From contig JAGMCR010000003.1 of the NCBI GenBank assembly GCA_023129115.1, positions 64,001 through 128,000 on the forward strand: DNA of 64,000 bases. Direction: 5' to 3'. Position numbers and translations under genes: made by a program. Source of the DNA: Candidatus Iainarchaeum sp. (GTDB taxonomy: Archaea; B1Sed10-29; WALL01). The notes below the pieces were generated by a model. The model saw only the letters and a program-made list of their open reading frames with translations. It ran no database searches and was not told the origin of the DNA. This document shows, one piece after another, positions 10,991 through 20,465 of this stretch (the first letter of the stretch is position 1; each line of letters starts with the position of its first letter).

Positions 10991-12316
10991 TCACATCCCC
11001 ATACCAAGCTTTCCCATCATCTTGGAAAGGCCCTTGGGGAGGCGCTTTCCCTTCTTGAACTTCTTGAATATCTTTTTGGTGGCATTGAACTGCTTCAGGA
11101 GCTCACGGACTGCGGACTCCGGCTTGCCCGAGCCCTTCGCGATGCGGCGGATGCGCGAGGAGTTGATTACATCAGGGTCCTCGAGCTCTTTCTCGGTCAT
11201 GGAGTCCATGATGTGCTTGTACGACTTCATCTTTTCCTCGCTCTGCTCGAGGACGTCGTCCGGGAGCTGGGCGCTCATGCCAAGCTGCTCAAAGACTTTT
11301 GAGAGCGAGCCCATTTTCTTGGTCGCCTCGAGCTGCTTGTAGAACTTCTTGAGCGTGAACTCGCCCTTCATCAGGTCTTCCGGCGAAAGGTCCTCTTCCT
11401 CGACCACTTCCTTGATGCGCTCCATCAGCGAGCCGAGGTCCGGGTAGCCCAGCAGCCGCGAGATGTACTTCTGCGGGTCGTAGGCTTCTAGGTCCTCCGG
11501 CTTCTCGCCCGTGCCAATGAAAGTGATTGGGATGCCCGCCTCGGCGCACGCCGAGAGAGCGCCGCCGCCCTTCGCGGACGAGTCCATCCTCGTCACGATG
11601 ACGCCCGTTAGCCCAATCGCGTCGTTGAACTCCTTTGCCTGCTTGCCCGCGGTCTGGCCCATGTCCGCGCCGAGAACTAAGATTTTTTGGTCGGGCTTGA
11701 GGATTGCGGACAAGTCCTTGACCTCGTCGATTAATTCCTTGTTCAGCGAGTCCCTGCCAGCGGAGTCCACGATAAGGAGGTCATGGCCCTTGACGGCCGC
11801 GATGCCCTGCTTGAGTATCTTGGCCGCGTCCTTCTCGCCCTTGATGCCAAACATTGGGACCTTTACTCTTTCGGCCAGCTGCTCGACCTGCTCGTAGGCG
11901 GCGGGCCTCCAGGTGTCAGTAGTGATTATCGCTGGCTTAAGGCCTCGCTTCGCGAAGTATTTTGCCAGCTTGGCCGTGGTGGTGGTCTTGCCGTGGCCAT
12001 ACGTGCCTACCAAAAGGATTTTCTGTGGCTTGACCTCTGGCTGGAACTCTTCGCCCACGAGGGAAATGAGCTCGTCGTAGACCAGCTTTATGAAGTGCTC
12101 CTTTTGTGAGATGCCTGCCGGCACTGTGGCGTCCTTCACGCGCGACTCTATCCGCTTCGAGAGCTCGAACACCAGCTTGATGTTGACGTCCGCGGAAATC
12201 AGCGTGCGCTGCAGCTCCTTAATGCTTGACTTGAGCAGCGCCTCGTCAACGACTGCGGCGCCGGATATCTTGCTGATGACCCCCCTTAGCCCGGAAGCCA
12301 ACTTGGATACTACCAT
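10991..12316 (-). CDS. srp54: Signal recognition particle protein Srp54
   Basis: GKTTT, DSAGR, TRMDSSAKGGG and M domain IMDSMT...SRIRRIAKGSG. Confidence 0.98.
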   Translation of the reverse strand: MVVSKLASGLRGVISKISGAAVVDEALLKSSIKELQRTLISADVNIKLVFELSKRIESRVKDATVPAGISQKEHFIKLVYDELISLVGEEFQPEVKPQKILLVGTYGHGKTTTTAKLAKYFAKRGLKPAIITTDTWRPAAYEQVEQLAERVKVPMFGIKGEKDAAKILKQGIAAVKGHDLLIVDSAGRDSLNKELIDEVKDLSAILKPDQKILVLGADMGQTAGKQAKEFNDAIGLTGVIVTRMDSSAKGGGALSACAEAGIPITFIGTGEKPEDLEAYDPQKYISRLLGYPDLGSLMERIKEVVEEEDLSPEDLMKGEFTLKKFYKQLEATKKMGSLSKVFEQLGMSAQLPDDVLEQSEEKMKSYKHIMDSMTEKELEDPDVINSSRIRRIAKGSGKPESAVRELLKQFNATKKIFKKFKKGKRLPKGLSKMMGKLGMGM

Positions 12317-12350
12317 TGCATACCCTTTAATCCTGCTTTGTTTTTATGGC

Positions 12351-13664
12351 TTAGCCGAAAATCCTGTCCAGCAGGTCGTCCGCGCTGAAGCGCACGAGGT
12401 CTCTGTAGGACTGGCCTATGCCGTAATAGATTATTGGGACGCCGGTCGAGCGGGCGATGCTGATGACGCCGCCGCCCTTCACGTCCATGTCCATCTTGGA
12501 AAGAATGACTCCGTCGACGCCGATTTCTGCCTTGAACTGCTCGACCCGCTCGAGCAGCGCGTTGCCGGCCAAGGCCTCGTCGAGGTAAATCAATAGGTGC
12601 GGGTTGGCGACTCGCTTGATTTTCTTCAGCTCTTCCATCAGGTTTTTGTTGGTCTCCTGGCGCCCGGCTGTGTCAATGAGCACGCAGTCGATTCCCCTGG
12701 CCTTCGCGCTCTTGATTGTGTCGAATGCGACTGCGGCGGGGTCTGCGCCGTACGTGTGCTTGACCATCTTTATCCCAAGCGCGTCCGCGTGGTACTGGAG
12801 CTGCTCAATGGACGCTGCGCGGAAAGTGTCCGATGCGGCAAAGATTGAGGACAAGTTGTTTTCCTTGAGCATGTGCGCAATTTTTGCGAGCGTCGTCGTC
12901 TTTCCCGCGCCGTTCGGTCCCAAAAACATTACCACAAAAGGCTTTTCGGACTTCTTTGCCTTTTCGACCAGGTCGAAGCTGGGCACAGAGACTATTTCGC
13001 GTATGGTGTCGCGGACCGCTGACTCTATCACTGTGCGGACGTCGCTGCCCCTCGAGAACTTCGTGGCGGCAAGGCGCTGCTTCAGCAAAGAGATTATTTC
13101 CTCGGCCACGGGCTGGGCGACGTCGGCCTCGAGGAGCGCGAGCTCGAACTCCCACATGAAGTCGTCGATTTCTTTCTCAGAAAGCGAGACTTCGGCGGCG
13201 ACCGCGCGCTTGATGCGAGTGACGAGGCCTAGCTTTGGCTTTTTCTCTTCGATTGGCTTTGCAACTGGTGGTATCGCCGGAACCGGCGATACCACTGGTT
13301 TTGGCTCGGCCGGTACTGGCTCAGTAACTTTGGGTGCCACGGGCTCGGGCTCAACAACTTTTGGTGCCGCCGGCTCTGGCTCGGGTTCTGGCTCAATAAC
13401 TTTTGGTGCCGCGGGCTCTGGCTCAATAACTTGGGGTGTCGCCGGTACTGGCGACACCCCGGGTTTTGGGGTGGGCGGCGTTGGTTTTGCTTTTGGCGCA
13501 GGCTTTTCTTTTTTTGGCTCTGGCTTGCGCTCTTCTTTCTTTGGTTCTGGTTGAGGGACTGGTTCTTCCTTTGGCTGGGTGGGCGCTTCCTCGATTTTTT
13601 CCTCTGCCTTTTTCGTTATTTTCGAGGCGAAGTCCTCGATTTTTTTCTTGAGGAATCCAAACAT
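12351..13664 (-). CDS. ftsY: SRP receptor FtsY with Pro/Glu/Lys-rich N-terminal region
   Basis: MFGFLKKK, GPNGAGKTTT, DTFRAAS, DTAGR. Confidence 0.98.
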   Translation of the reverse strand: MFGFLKKKIEDFASKITKKAEEKIEEAPTQPKEEPVPQPEPKKEERKPEPKKEKPAPKAKPTPPTPKPGVSPVPATPQVIEPEPAAPKVIEPEPEPEPAAPKVVEPEPVAPKVTEPVPAEPKPVVSPVPAIPPVAKPIEEKKPKLGLVTRIKRAVAAEVSLSEKEIDDFMWEFELALLEADVAQPVAEEIISLLKQRLAATKFSRGSDVRTVIESAVRDTIREIVSVPSFDLVEKAKKSEKPFVVMFLGPNGAGKTTTLAKIAHMLKENNLSSIFAASDTFRAASIEQLQYHADALGIKMVKHTYGADPAAVAFDTIKSAKARGIDCVLIDTAGRQETNKNLMEELKKIKRVANPHLLIYLDEALAGNALLERVEQFKAEIGVDGVILSKMDMDVKGGGVISIARSTGVPIIYYGIGQSYRDLVRFSADDLLDRIFG

Positions 13665-13665
13665 G

Positions 13666-14097
13666 TCAACCGCTTATCACTGGCACGTCAGAGGTGGGGG
13701 GCTGCCTTGCCGCGGCGAGTTTCTTCCTTATCTCCATGGACTCGGTGCGCAGCATCTTCGCCATTCCCTGGAGCTTGTCGGCGGTCTCGCGAAGGGTGTT
13801 TTCCCTCCTCTTGACTATCTCGATTGCCTCCTCGCGGCTCTTCTCCAAGACCACGCCGGAGCCAACCTCGACCTTGACCGTTGACACGTCAATCCCAACA
13901 GGGAGGTAGACGCCGCCAACCGGCACAAGCCCTTCCTTTTCGCCGCCCTTGATTTCCTCAAGGGTGGAGCGCGTCGCCATAAGCACTTCGAGTGAGCGGG
14001 CGAGCCCCTGTAGCTGCTCGCTTATCTGCCCCATCTTGGCCTCGTTGCCCCTTATCATTCCAATTGCCTGTTCTGCCGTAATTTCAACCATTTTCAT
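13666..14097 (-). CDS. pfdA: Prefoldin alpha subunit
   Basis: LVPVGG...VEVGSGVVLEKS between coiled coils; conserved position before ftsY. Confidence 0.93.
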   Translation of the reverse strand: MKMVEITAEQAIGMIRGNEAKMGQISEQLQGLARSLEVLMATRSTLEEIKGGEKEGLVPVGGVYLPVGIDVSTVKVEVGSGVVLEKSREEAIEIVKRRENTLRETADKLQGMAKMLRTESMEIRKKLAAARQPPTSDVPVISG

Positions 14098-14333
14098 TCA
14101 CCCTCGCTCAACTGCTTTACCAGCAGGGACGTCGTCTCCCCGGCAGGCACTTCCTCAACAGAGGTTATCTGGACCTCGCGGCGCTTGCACTTGTGCTTCG
14201 AGCCGATGTCCGTGTAGACCTTTTCTTTTGCGTCCTCTGGCTTGAGCGCCCGGACGTCAATCGCAAAGCCATGCTTCGCCCCTTTCTCGCCGAAAATCCC
14301 CTTCAGCCTGTAAATTTTTATCATGCCAATCAC
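14094..14333 (-). CDS. rpl18a: 50S ribosomal protein L18Ae/LX
   Basis: KVYTDIGSKHKCKR motif; synteny. Confidence 0.93.
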   Translation of the reverse strand: MIGMIKIYRLKGIFGEKGAKHGFAIDVRALKPEDAKEKVYTDIGSKHKCKRREVQITSVEEVPAGETTSLLVKQLSEGE

Positions 14334-14996
14334 CTATTTCTTGAAGAACAGCGCGTCGTCAACACGCCCCAGCTCGAATGGTGTGCTGGTCGAGCCGACG
14401 ATTGCGCCGTTGGAGTTTGCGAGTATGCACCCGCTTATGAATGGGTTTCCGTAATTGAGGGAGCCAAGTTCCCCCTCGGCCTTGAACACCTTGGAGAGGA
14501 GCCTCATCTCCTCGGCAGACGCGTTGGGGTTCGCGAGGAATCCCTTGCCCGTCACCACCACGCACGAGCCCGTTGTCTCGAGCCCGGCCACATGCACGGG
14601 TGCGGGGGTGGCGCCGAACGCCTCGCCGATTCGCTTGGTCTCCTTCTCGCTGAACAGCGGGCTCACCGCGACCCCGCTGTCGTTCGCTGCCATCATGTTC
14701 CCAACGGCCGTGAACGCCTCGACGGTCACGGTGCTGAGGTAGCTCTCCAGCGCATCGGCCTCTTCCTTGTAGGCGGTGCGCGGGAGCGCGATGCACCGTG
14801 AGTTGAGGCACGCCAACACGCCGATGAGGGGCGAGTTCGCGACAGATGCCTTCACTGCCTCGGTCTTGAGTATGTCCTCGACGAGGGTGATGAAGTCCTC
14901 GCCCGTGTTCGGGGGGAGGAACGTCACTTTGTCGTTGGTCGCCGCGAACACGCCGACGAACGCGGTTCCCAGCAAGTCACTCTGCTCTATGTACAT
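14334..14996 (-). CDS. eif6: Translation initiation factor 6
   Basis: GSLNYGNPFISGCILANSNGAIVG...TTPFEL; probable start MYIEQ. Confidence 0.95.
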   Translation of the reverse strand: MYIEQSDLLGTAFVGVFAATNDKVTFLPPNTGEDFITLVEDILKTEAVKASVANSPLIGVLACLNSRCIALPRTAYKEEADALESYLSTVTVEAFTAVGNMMAANDSGVAVSPLFSEKETKRIGEAFGATPAPVHVAGLETTGSCVVVTGKGFLANPNASAEEMRLLSKVFKAEGELGSLNYGNPFISGCILANSNGAIVGSTSTPFELGRVDDALFFKK

Positions 14997-15005
14997 GCCC
15001 TGCAC

Positions 15006-15458
15006 CTAAGCGAGCACCGCAGTGGCGCGCTTTTCCTCTTCCTGGATTTTTACCTTGATTCTCCGCGGGGGCGACTGAATTCCCTTGTTCCAGAGCGCCT
15101 CGTTGACCGACGGGTCGATGAATGCCTCTTTCCTCGTGTGCTTCTTGATGTAGCGCCTTACCTCCCTCGCCGCGTACCTCACGCGTGAGGTGCGGGGGTG
15201 GTCGAACGCCTTCCGGAGGCTGATTGTGTGGACTGACTCCTTGACTATTTTCTTTTCTTCTTTGTCGGCCTCTTCCTTCTTCTCGCCGGTTGGCTTTGCC
15301 TCTTCTTTTTTTGCCTCTGGCTTTTGGGGTGTCGCCGCCTCTGGCGCGGATACCCCGGCTTTTGGCTTTTCTTCCTTTGCCGGCTTTGGCTCAGCCTTCG
15401 GCTTTTTCTTTTCCTCTTCGGCCTTCTTTTCTTTCTTTTCTTCTTTTTTCTCAGCCAT
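15006..15458 (-). CDS. rpl31e: 50S ribosomal protein L31e with K/E-rich N-terminal extension
   Basis: HTISLR...VNEALWNKGIQSPPRRIKVK. Confidence 0.93.
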   Translation of the reverse strand: MAEKKEEKKEKKAEEEKKKPKAEPKPAKEEKPKAGVSAPEAATPQKPEAKKEEAKPTGEKKEEADKEEKKIVKESVHTISLRKAFDHPRTSRVRYAAREVRRYIKKHTRKEAFIDPSVNEALWNKGIQSPPRRIKVKIQEEEKRATAVLA

Positions 15459-15463
15459 GCCAC

Positions 15464-15655
15464 TCAGTCCTTAGCGCCCTTTTTCCTCAGGGTCTTCGCG
15501 AGCGAGTTGCGCCTCCAGTGCCTCTGCTTGGGGTTCGTGGAGACCGCGCGGTTGGTCTTGAGCATGACCCACATCGGCACGCGCTTGTTGCTCTTCCCTG
15601 CCCTTGCAAGGATTTCCTTGGTTTTTGTGTCCTTCCGGCTTGGCATCACAGTCAC
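15464..15655 (-). CDS. rpl39e: 50S ribosomal protein L39e
   Basis: [12 protein letters not shown]...RHWRR. Confidence 0.95.
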   Translation of the reverse strand: MTVMPSRKDTKTKEILARAGKSNKRVPMWVMLKTNRAVSTNPKQRHWRRNSLAKTLRKKGAKD

Positions 15656-15969
15656 TTCCTCTTAATCGTTATTTCCCTTTTTTCCCCGCTTATCTTGGAA
15701 AGGAGTTGCTTCAATGTTGCGTCATCGATTTTTTGGACCCTCCCGGACTGCGCGAGGTAGATGACGAGCTTCTCGACCTGCTCCGCCAGCAATGGGTTCC
15801 CCAGCTTCAGCGTCGTGAGGCGGGACTTGGCAGCGGGCGTCAGCAATTGCTTGAGCACGGCGTCCTTCTGAAGCTCCATTGCCACCCTCGTCTCCTGCTC
15901 CGCCTGCCTGTCGGCAAGCTGGGCCTGCAGGTCTGCGGCGCGCTTCTGCCTTAGCTCATCGAGGTCCAT
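15652..15969 (-). CDS. PDCD5-like dsDNA-binding protein
   Basis: [10 protein letters not shown]...LTPAAKSRL...[10 protein letters not shown]...ITIKRK; real start ATG 15969 (the track ORF extends into rps19e). Confidence 0.93.
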   Translation of the reverse strand: MDLDELRQKRAADLQAQLADRQAEQETRVAMELQKDAVLKQLLTPAAKSRLTTLKLGNPLLAEQVEKLVIYLAQSGRVQKIDDATLKQLLSKISGEKREITIKRK

Positions 15970-15970
15970 C

Positions 15971-16729
15971 TTACTCCTTTTCCTCCTTTGGCTCTGCCGG
16001 CTTCCCCGCCTTTTTGGCTGGCTTTTCTTCTTTCTTTTCTGCCGGCTTAGCTTCTTTTGGCTTGGGCGTTGCCTCTTTCTTTTCTGGCTCAGGCGTTGCC
16101 TCTTCTTTTTCTGGCTCAGGCGTTGCCTCTTCTTTTTTGGGCTCTGCCTTCTTGGCTGGCTTTGCCTCTTTCTTTTCTGGCTTGGGCTCGGGCTCTTTCC
16201 TGGGCTTTGCCTTTTCTTTCTTGGGCTCTGCCCCTTTCTTTGGCTTAGCCTCTTTCTTGGCGGTTGGCTTCCTGGCTGGAGCTTTTTCCTTTGTAGTGGG
16301 CTTTGGCTTTGCCTCGCGGCGCGGGGCCACCTTTGCAGCTGTCTTGTCAAGGAGCGACTGGCCCTTGGCCGTTATTTTCCTGCCGTTGCCTTCTTTGGCT
16401 ATTAGGCCAGCGGCCTCGAGCTGCTGGAGGCATAGCCGGATGACCTTGCCGCCGGCCGGGTAGTGCCGCTCTGGCTTTGCGCCGCGGTTCTTCCTGCCGC
16501 CGTACCAGTTCCTGAGCTTTTGCACCCCAACGGGCCCGCGCATATAGACCTGCCTTAGCACAGAAGCCGCGCGCACGTACCACCAGTTGGGGTCGTGGGG
16601 GGGCCTCTGGGCGTGGGCGCCGGTCTTCACGAATTTTGCCCACTGGGGAGGGTTAACTATGCCCTCTTTCTTCATTGTCCCTGCCAGCTCGTCGATTAGC
16701 CGGCCAGGCGATACGTCTCTTGTTGACAT
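15971..16729 (-). CDS. rps19e: 30S ribosomal protein S19e with long K/E/P-rich C-terminal tail
   Basis: PQWAKFVKTG, WWYVRAASVLR, YGGRKNRG, LQQLEAAG. Confidence 0.97.
   Translation of the reverse strand: MSTRDVSPGRLIDELAGTMKKEGIVNPPQWAKFVKTGAHAQRPPHDPNWWYVRAASVLRQVYMRGPVGVQKLRNWYGGRKNRGAKPERHYPAGGKVIRLCLQQLEAAGLIAKEGNGRKITAKGQSLLDKTAAKVAPRREAKPKPTTKEKAPARKPTAKKEAKPKKGAEPKKEKAKPRKEPEPKPEKKEAKPAKKAEPKKEEATPEPEKEEATPEPEKKEATPKPKEAKPAEKKEEKPAKKAGKPAEPKEEKE
16065..16144. repeat. 27-bp tandem repeat x3 in the rps19e tail
   Basis: GGCGTTGCCTCTT...TCTGGCTCA units encoding PEPEKEEAT-like repeats. Confidence 0.8.
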
Positions 16730-16806
16730 CTTTTCACCTTTAACCAAAATGGGACTCGTCAGAAAATGCCTCGTTTAACGCCAGAAAAACAAGGTTTCTA
16801 GACTCG

Positions 16807-17130
16807 CTATGCTTTTTGAGTGCCTCGCTTTTTAAGCTTTTCGCCGGTTCCGTGGCGCATTTTGTGGCCGCATTCGAGGCAGGTATAGGTTATGACGCCC
16901 TTCGGGCGCCTGGGCTTGCGGACGCGGAGGTTTTTGCCGGGAACGAGGAATGCGCCGCATTTCTTGCATATCCTTTTCTTGGCGTGGGGGGGGAGGGGGG
17001 CCTTGTACTTTTTGGAGCGCTTGCGGGCCAGGGAGGCGTAGCGCCGGGACTTGGGCCCGCCTTCCTCTGCCAGGCCAAGCAATTTCCTTATCATTTCCTG
17101 CGCAGCTTTCTTTACCCAGCTAGGCCTCAT
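16807..17130 (-). CDS. rnp4: RNase P protein subunit Rpp21
   Basis: KRICKKCGAFLVPGKN...TCLECG; start MRPSW at 17130. Confidence 0.93.
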   Translation of the reverse strand: MRPSWVKKAAQEMIRKLLGLAEEGGPKSRRYASLARKRSKKYKAPLPPHAKKRICKKCGAFLVPGKNLRVRKPRRPKGVITYTCLECGHKMRHGTGEKLKKRGTQKA

Positions 17131-17182
17131 GCTGGTTTTTTCCCCCCAAACCTTTAAAAAGCCGTGTGGTTTTATTAGGGAA

Positions 17183-17482
17183 ATGATTAGCATGGTAGCT
17201 AAAAAAGACATGAAGAAAAGTGCCGAGAACTTGGCCCTTCTGGTGGCTGTGCAGATGCTTGGCTTCATAGTGCTGGAAGTCATTGTGTGGCTTCTCGTGT
17301 CAATTGGATGGTTCCCCCCACAGCTGATTCTCAGCAACTCGGGTGGCGTAGTCCTCCAGATAAACAGCGCTTACCTGATAATCGCGGGACTTATGTCCCT
17401 GCTCGTGGCTGGCTTCTGGCTTGCGATACTCACTGAGGTATTCGGCATTGTTGAGGTCGGTAGGATTAAACTGAAATTTTAG
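17183..17482 (+). CDS. Small membrane protein (paralog 1)
   Basis: Two hydrophobic segments; aligns by eye with the next ORF. Confidence 0.75.
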   Translation: MISMVAKKDMKKSAENLALLVAVQMLGFIVLEVIVWLLVSIGWFPPQLILSNSGGVVLQINSAYLIIAGLMSLLVAGFWLAILTEVFGIVEVGRIKLKF

Positions 17483-17490
17483 GTGGATAC

Positions 17491-17817
17491 ATGGCTGCAA
17501 GGAAAAAGAAGAAGAGTGCAAAAAGGAAAGTGGCACAGTCAGTGCCGAAGGTTGACCAGCTCATGAACCTGGCCCGCATAACAGCCGTCGAGATATTGGG
17601 TTTCATTATCTTCGAGGTTGTTTTGTGGCTGCTGGTGCTCGTGAACGTGGTGCCTGCCTCCATCGTCATAAAGCGCGTTGGCATGATTGAAATCAGCATG
17701 AACACTGGTTACCTTGCCATCGTCGGCCTTGTGGCTGTGCTCGTGGCTTCCTTCTGGCTTGCGATACTCGTTCAGATGGGAATCGTCAGGCTCGAGCAAG
17801 TCGACTTCGAGCTATAA
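17491..17817 (+). CDS. Small membrane protein (paralog 2)
   Basis: Shares LGFIxxEVxxWLLV and FWLAIL with the previous ORF; AGGTGG SD upstream. Confidence 0.75.
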   Translation: MAARKKKKSAKRKVAQSVPKVDQLMNLARITAVEILGFIIFEVVLWLLVLVNVVPASIVIKRVGMIEISMNTGYLAIVGLVAVLVASFWLAILVQMGIVRLEQVDFEL

Positions 17818-18236
17818 GGCTGGGATTAAAAAAAGCGCAAACTTGGGTAGCGGCAGCCAAACTATGCCTATTTGCGGGGCTTCACGCCCCGCTTTAGTCT
17901 GCGGTTGGTCCAATCGCAACTGGACAAATGGGCCCGCCCGTATCAGCTGAAACTCAGCTGGCACGTTGTCCGTGCCCCCCCTGGCGCTGGCCAGCGGACA
18001 AACAACAAAAAACTGCGAGCGTCAGCGAGCTCTTACCCACTCACCTGGGGGGATGCTTCCCATTTCGGCGATTTCGTATCGCCTTATTTCGGAAATTTCG
18101 GCGACTTTGTCGCCTTATTACGATAATCAAAGTCGCCAGAAATGAGTTAATCTTTGATTAACGTAATCGCCAGAAATAAGGGAATCCGCGATTCCCGAAA
18201 GGGTAGCGGGGGGCTGTGCCCCCCGAGACGCTGGAA

Positions 18237-18311
18237 TGGGCCCGCCCGGATTCGAACCGGGGATCCTCGCCGTGTAAAGGCGATGTCATAACCAGGCTAG
18301 ACCACAGGCCC
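18237..18311 (-). tRNA. tRNA-Val (TAC)
   Basis: Reverse complement GGGCCTGTGGTCTAGCCTGGTTATGACATCGCCTTTACACGGCGAGGATCCCCGGTTCGAATCCGGGCGGGCCCA folds as a cloverleaf; anticodon TAC. Confidence 0.97.
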
Positions 18312-18366
18312 GTGGCACAAATTCTGGGCAAAAAGCTTTTTATAGCCACATGGTTTAGACGAAGGT

Positions 18367-18720
18367 ATGCACCGAGTAATCCTCCTCCGCATAGGCGGCA
18401 AGAAGCTGCACCTGCTCAAGATGACCGGCGCGCTCATTGTTGTGGGGGCGGCGCTTGGCGTGCTGGGCACTGTCTCGTCCTTGTTCAGGCTCATCAAGCA
18501 GCTAGAGCTCGCGCAGGGCAGCACCGCAGTTGCAATCCAGGTGTTTGGCCTGCTGCCAGAGGCGCTCACGGGCGACCTGATGCTCGGCTACTTCATGATT
18601 CCCAGCGCGTGGTTCATGTTCTGGCTCGCGCTGTTCATAGTCGGTGCGATGCTTTACCGCACGGGCAGCATAATTCTGCCGATAGAGGAAGAGATTGAAG
18701 TAGAAAAGAAAAAGGGCTAA
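18367..18720 (+). CDS. Hypothetical membrane protein
   Basis: Two hydrophobic helices, host-like codon use, TTTTATA upstream. Confidence 0.75.
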   Translation: MHRVILLRIGGKKLHLLKMTGALIVVGAALGVLGTVSSLFRLIKQLELAQGSTAVAIQVFGLLPEALTGDLMLGYFMIPSAWFMFWLALFIVGAMLYRTGSIILPIEEEIEVEKKKG

Positions 18721-20075
18721 GCCATCGTGTAGATGGCTATTCCCTTCCTGTCCTCTATCTTTGCCTTCTTCAGCCCAACGATTGTGCCGACCTTCTTTTC
18801 TGCAGCCAAGTCGATGAGCCTCTGCGTTATGATGCCGTCGAACACGACCTTGTCAATCTCTTTCTTGGTCCGCATTTTGTTGACAAGCTCTGCGACCTGG
18901 ACTTCCCCGAGGGCCTTTCCGTCTTTGTTGAGGAGCACGGCCTTCATCGAGCCCTTTATCGTGTCGTAAATCTTGGACAGCTCATTGGGGACGGGCGTTG
19001 GTGCCGGCCTTTCCCGCCTCTCGCGTGGCTCGCGCCCACCGCGGTCACGGCTGCCGCGCTCGCTGCGTCCGCCACGTTCGCGGCCACCGCGCTCTCTTGA
19101 GTCGCGCCCGCTGCGCTCGCGGGGCTCACTGCGCCCACCACTGCGCTCACGGGGCTCACTGCGCCCACCACTGCGCTCACGGGGCTCACTGCGTCCACCA
19201 CTGCGCTCGCGGGGCTCGCGCCCTCCGCCGCGGAACGGCGTCCTGACAGAGCTCTTGAGCGCGAAGCGCTTGAACGGCAGGCGGTTCTTGAGGCACTTCA
19301 GGATTTCCTTTTGCGTGAGCTCCTCGACTTCCTTGCCGTCCGGCGCCTTGGCCACGTACTCCACCCTGCCGGAATCGCTGAAGTTTCGCACGACCATGTC
19401 GCCGCCGCGGTCCCCGTCAACGAACATCGTGACCTCTTTTGTCTTGGATAGCGCGACAACTGTCTTGGGTATGACCGCGCCCTTCAGCGAAATCATGTTC
19501 GTCATCCCTGCCTTCAGGAGCGTGAGCACGTCTGCCCTGCCCTCGACGACGATTATTTCGTCAGAAGAGTCGACGTCCGGGCCGGCGGGCAGCTTTTCCG
19601 GGCCGTAGAGCTTGAGCTTGGCCGTCTTTTGGCTGGCCTTGATTTCGCCCGTGAGCTCTTTGGTCTCCTTGTGCTCGCCCCCGAAGTCCTTGAGCAGTGC
19701 CTTGGCGCGATTCATCACGAAGTCACGCTTTGACGCGCGGGTGTCGTCGATGTCTTTTATCGCTATCTTGGCTGTGCACGGCCCGACGCGGTCCACTGTC
19801 TCGAGGACTGCGCCGATGAGTGCGGTCTCGCTCTTGTCGAGGCTGGACGGCAGCTCAATCGTGCCCTTGCACTTGCCCTTGTTTACCTTTATGTCGACCT
19901 CGATGCGGCCGATTTTTCCTGCCTTGAGGAGCTCGCGTAAGTCGAGCTCGTCAGTCAAAAGCCCCTCGGTCTGGCCGAAAATCGCGCCGACCACATCGGG
20001 CTTCTCGACGATTCCGTCGATTTCAATTGTTCCCTTGATTAGGTACTTTACGGTATCAATGTATGTTTTTCCCAT
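18717..20075 (-). CDS. dnaG: Archaeal DnaG primase-like protein
   Basis: VEKPDVVGAIFGQTEGLL, Toprim IVVEGRADV and DGDRGG, C-terminal DGIITQRL. Confidence 0.97.
   Translation of the reverse strand: MGKTYIDTVKYLIKGTIEIDGIVEKPDVVGAIFGQTEGLLTDELDLRELLKAGKIGRIEVDIKVNKGKCKGTIELPSSLDKSETALIGAVLETVDRVGPCTAKIAIKDIDDTRASKRDFVMNRAKALLKDFGGEHKETKELTGEIKASQKTAKLKLYGPEKLPAGPDVDSSDEIIVVEGRADVLTLLKAGMTNMISLKGAVIPKTVVALSKTKEVTMFVDGDRGGDMVVRNFSDSGRVEYVAKAPDGKEVEELTQKEILKCLKNRLPFKRFALKSSVRTPFRGGGREPRERSGGRSEPRERSGGRSEPRERSGGRSEPRERSGRDSRERGGRERGGRSERGSRDRGGREPRERRERPAPTPVPNELSKIYDTIKGSMKAVLLNKDGKALGEVQVAELVNKMRTKKEIDKVVFDGIITQRLIDLAAEKKVGTIVGLKKAKIEDRKGIAIYTMA
19111..19217. repeat. 30-bp tandem repeat (about 3.6 copies) in the dnaG linker
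   Basis: CTGCGCTC(A/G)CGGGGCTCACTGCG(C/T)CCACCA units at 19111, 19141, 19171 and partial at 19201; encode EPRERSGGRS. Confidence 0.9.
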
Positions 20076-20081
20076 TTGTAT

Positions 20082-20465
20082 TCACCTGTTTATTTCGTTT
20101 TCAAACAGGGAGGGCACGTCCTCGAACTCGGTGTAGCCGAGCAGCTTTTTGAAGCGCGTGCGGAACGATAAGTCCGGCCTAACGCATTCGTTCAAGAAAG
20201 AGTCCCGCAGTCCCTTCGCCGCCTTTTTTCCGTAGGCGTCGAAGTCAGTGAGTATTATCACTTCCTGGCATTTCCCTGCCAGCTTTTCGGCCAGCTCGCT
20301 GTAAGGCGTCCTGGACAGCTGCTCCACGCGGCCCTTCATGCCGAGCGTGCGCAAAGCGCGCTCGTCATTGGGCCCCTCGACCACTGCAATCGCCCCCGAG
20401 TCGAGGGCGGATTGGAGGTCGGCGAGCAGGCGGTTCAGCTTGTCTGCCTTTTCAACTCCAGTCAT
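20082..20465 (-). CDS. Small Toprim-domain protein
   Basis: VVEGPNDERAL and ILTDFDAYG Toprim motifs; adjacent to dnaG. Confidence 0.9.
   Translation of the reverse strand: MTGVEKADKLNRLLADLQSALDSGAIAVVEGPNDERALRTLGMKGRVEQLSRTPYSELAEKLAGKCQEVIILTDFDAYGKKAAKGLRDSFLNECVRPDLSFRTRFKKLLGYTEFEDVPSLFENEINR

Noticed and set aside
15970-16350. Long basic N-terminal extension of the PDCD5 ORF
   Set aside because: Alternative frame of the rps19e tail; the true start is ATG 15969.
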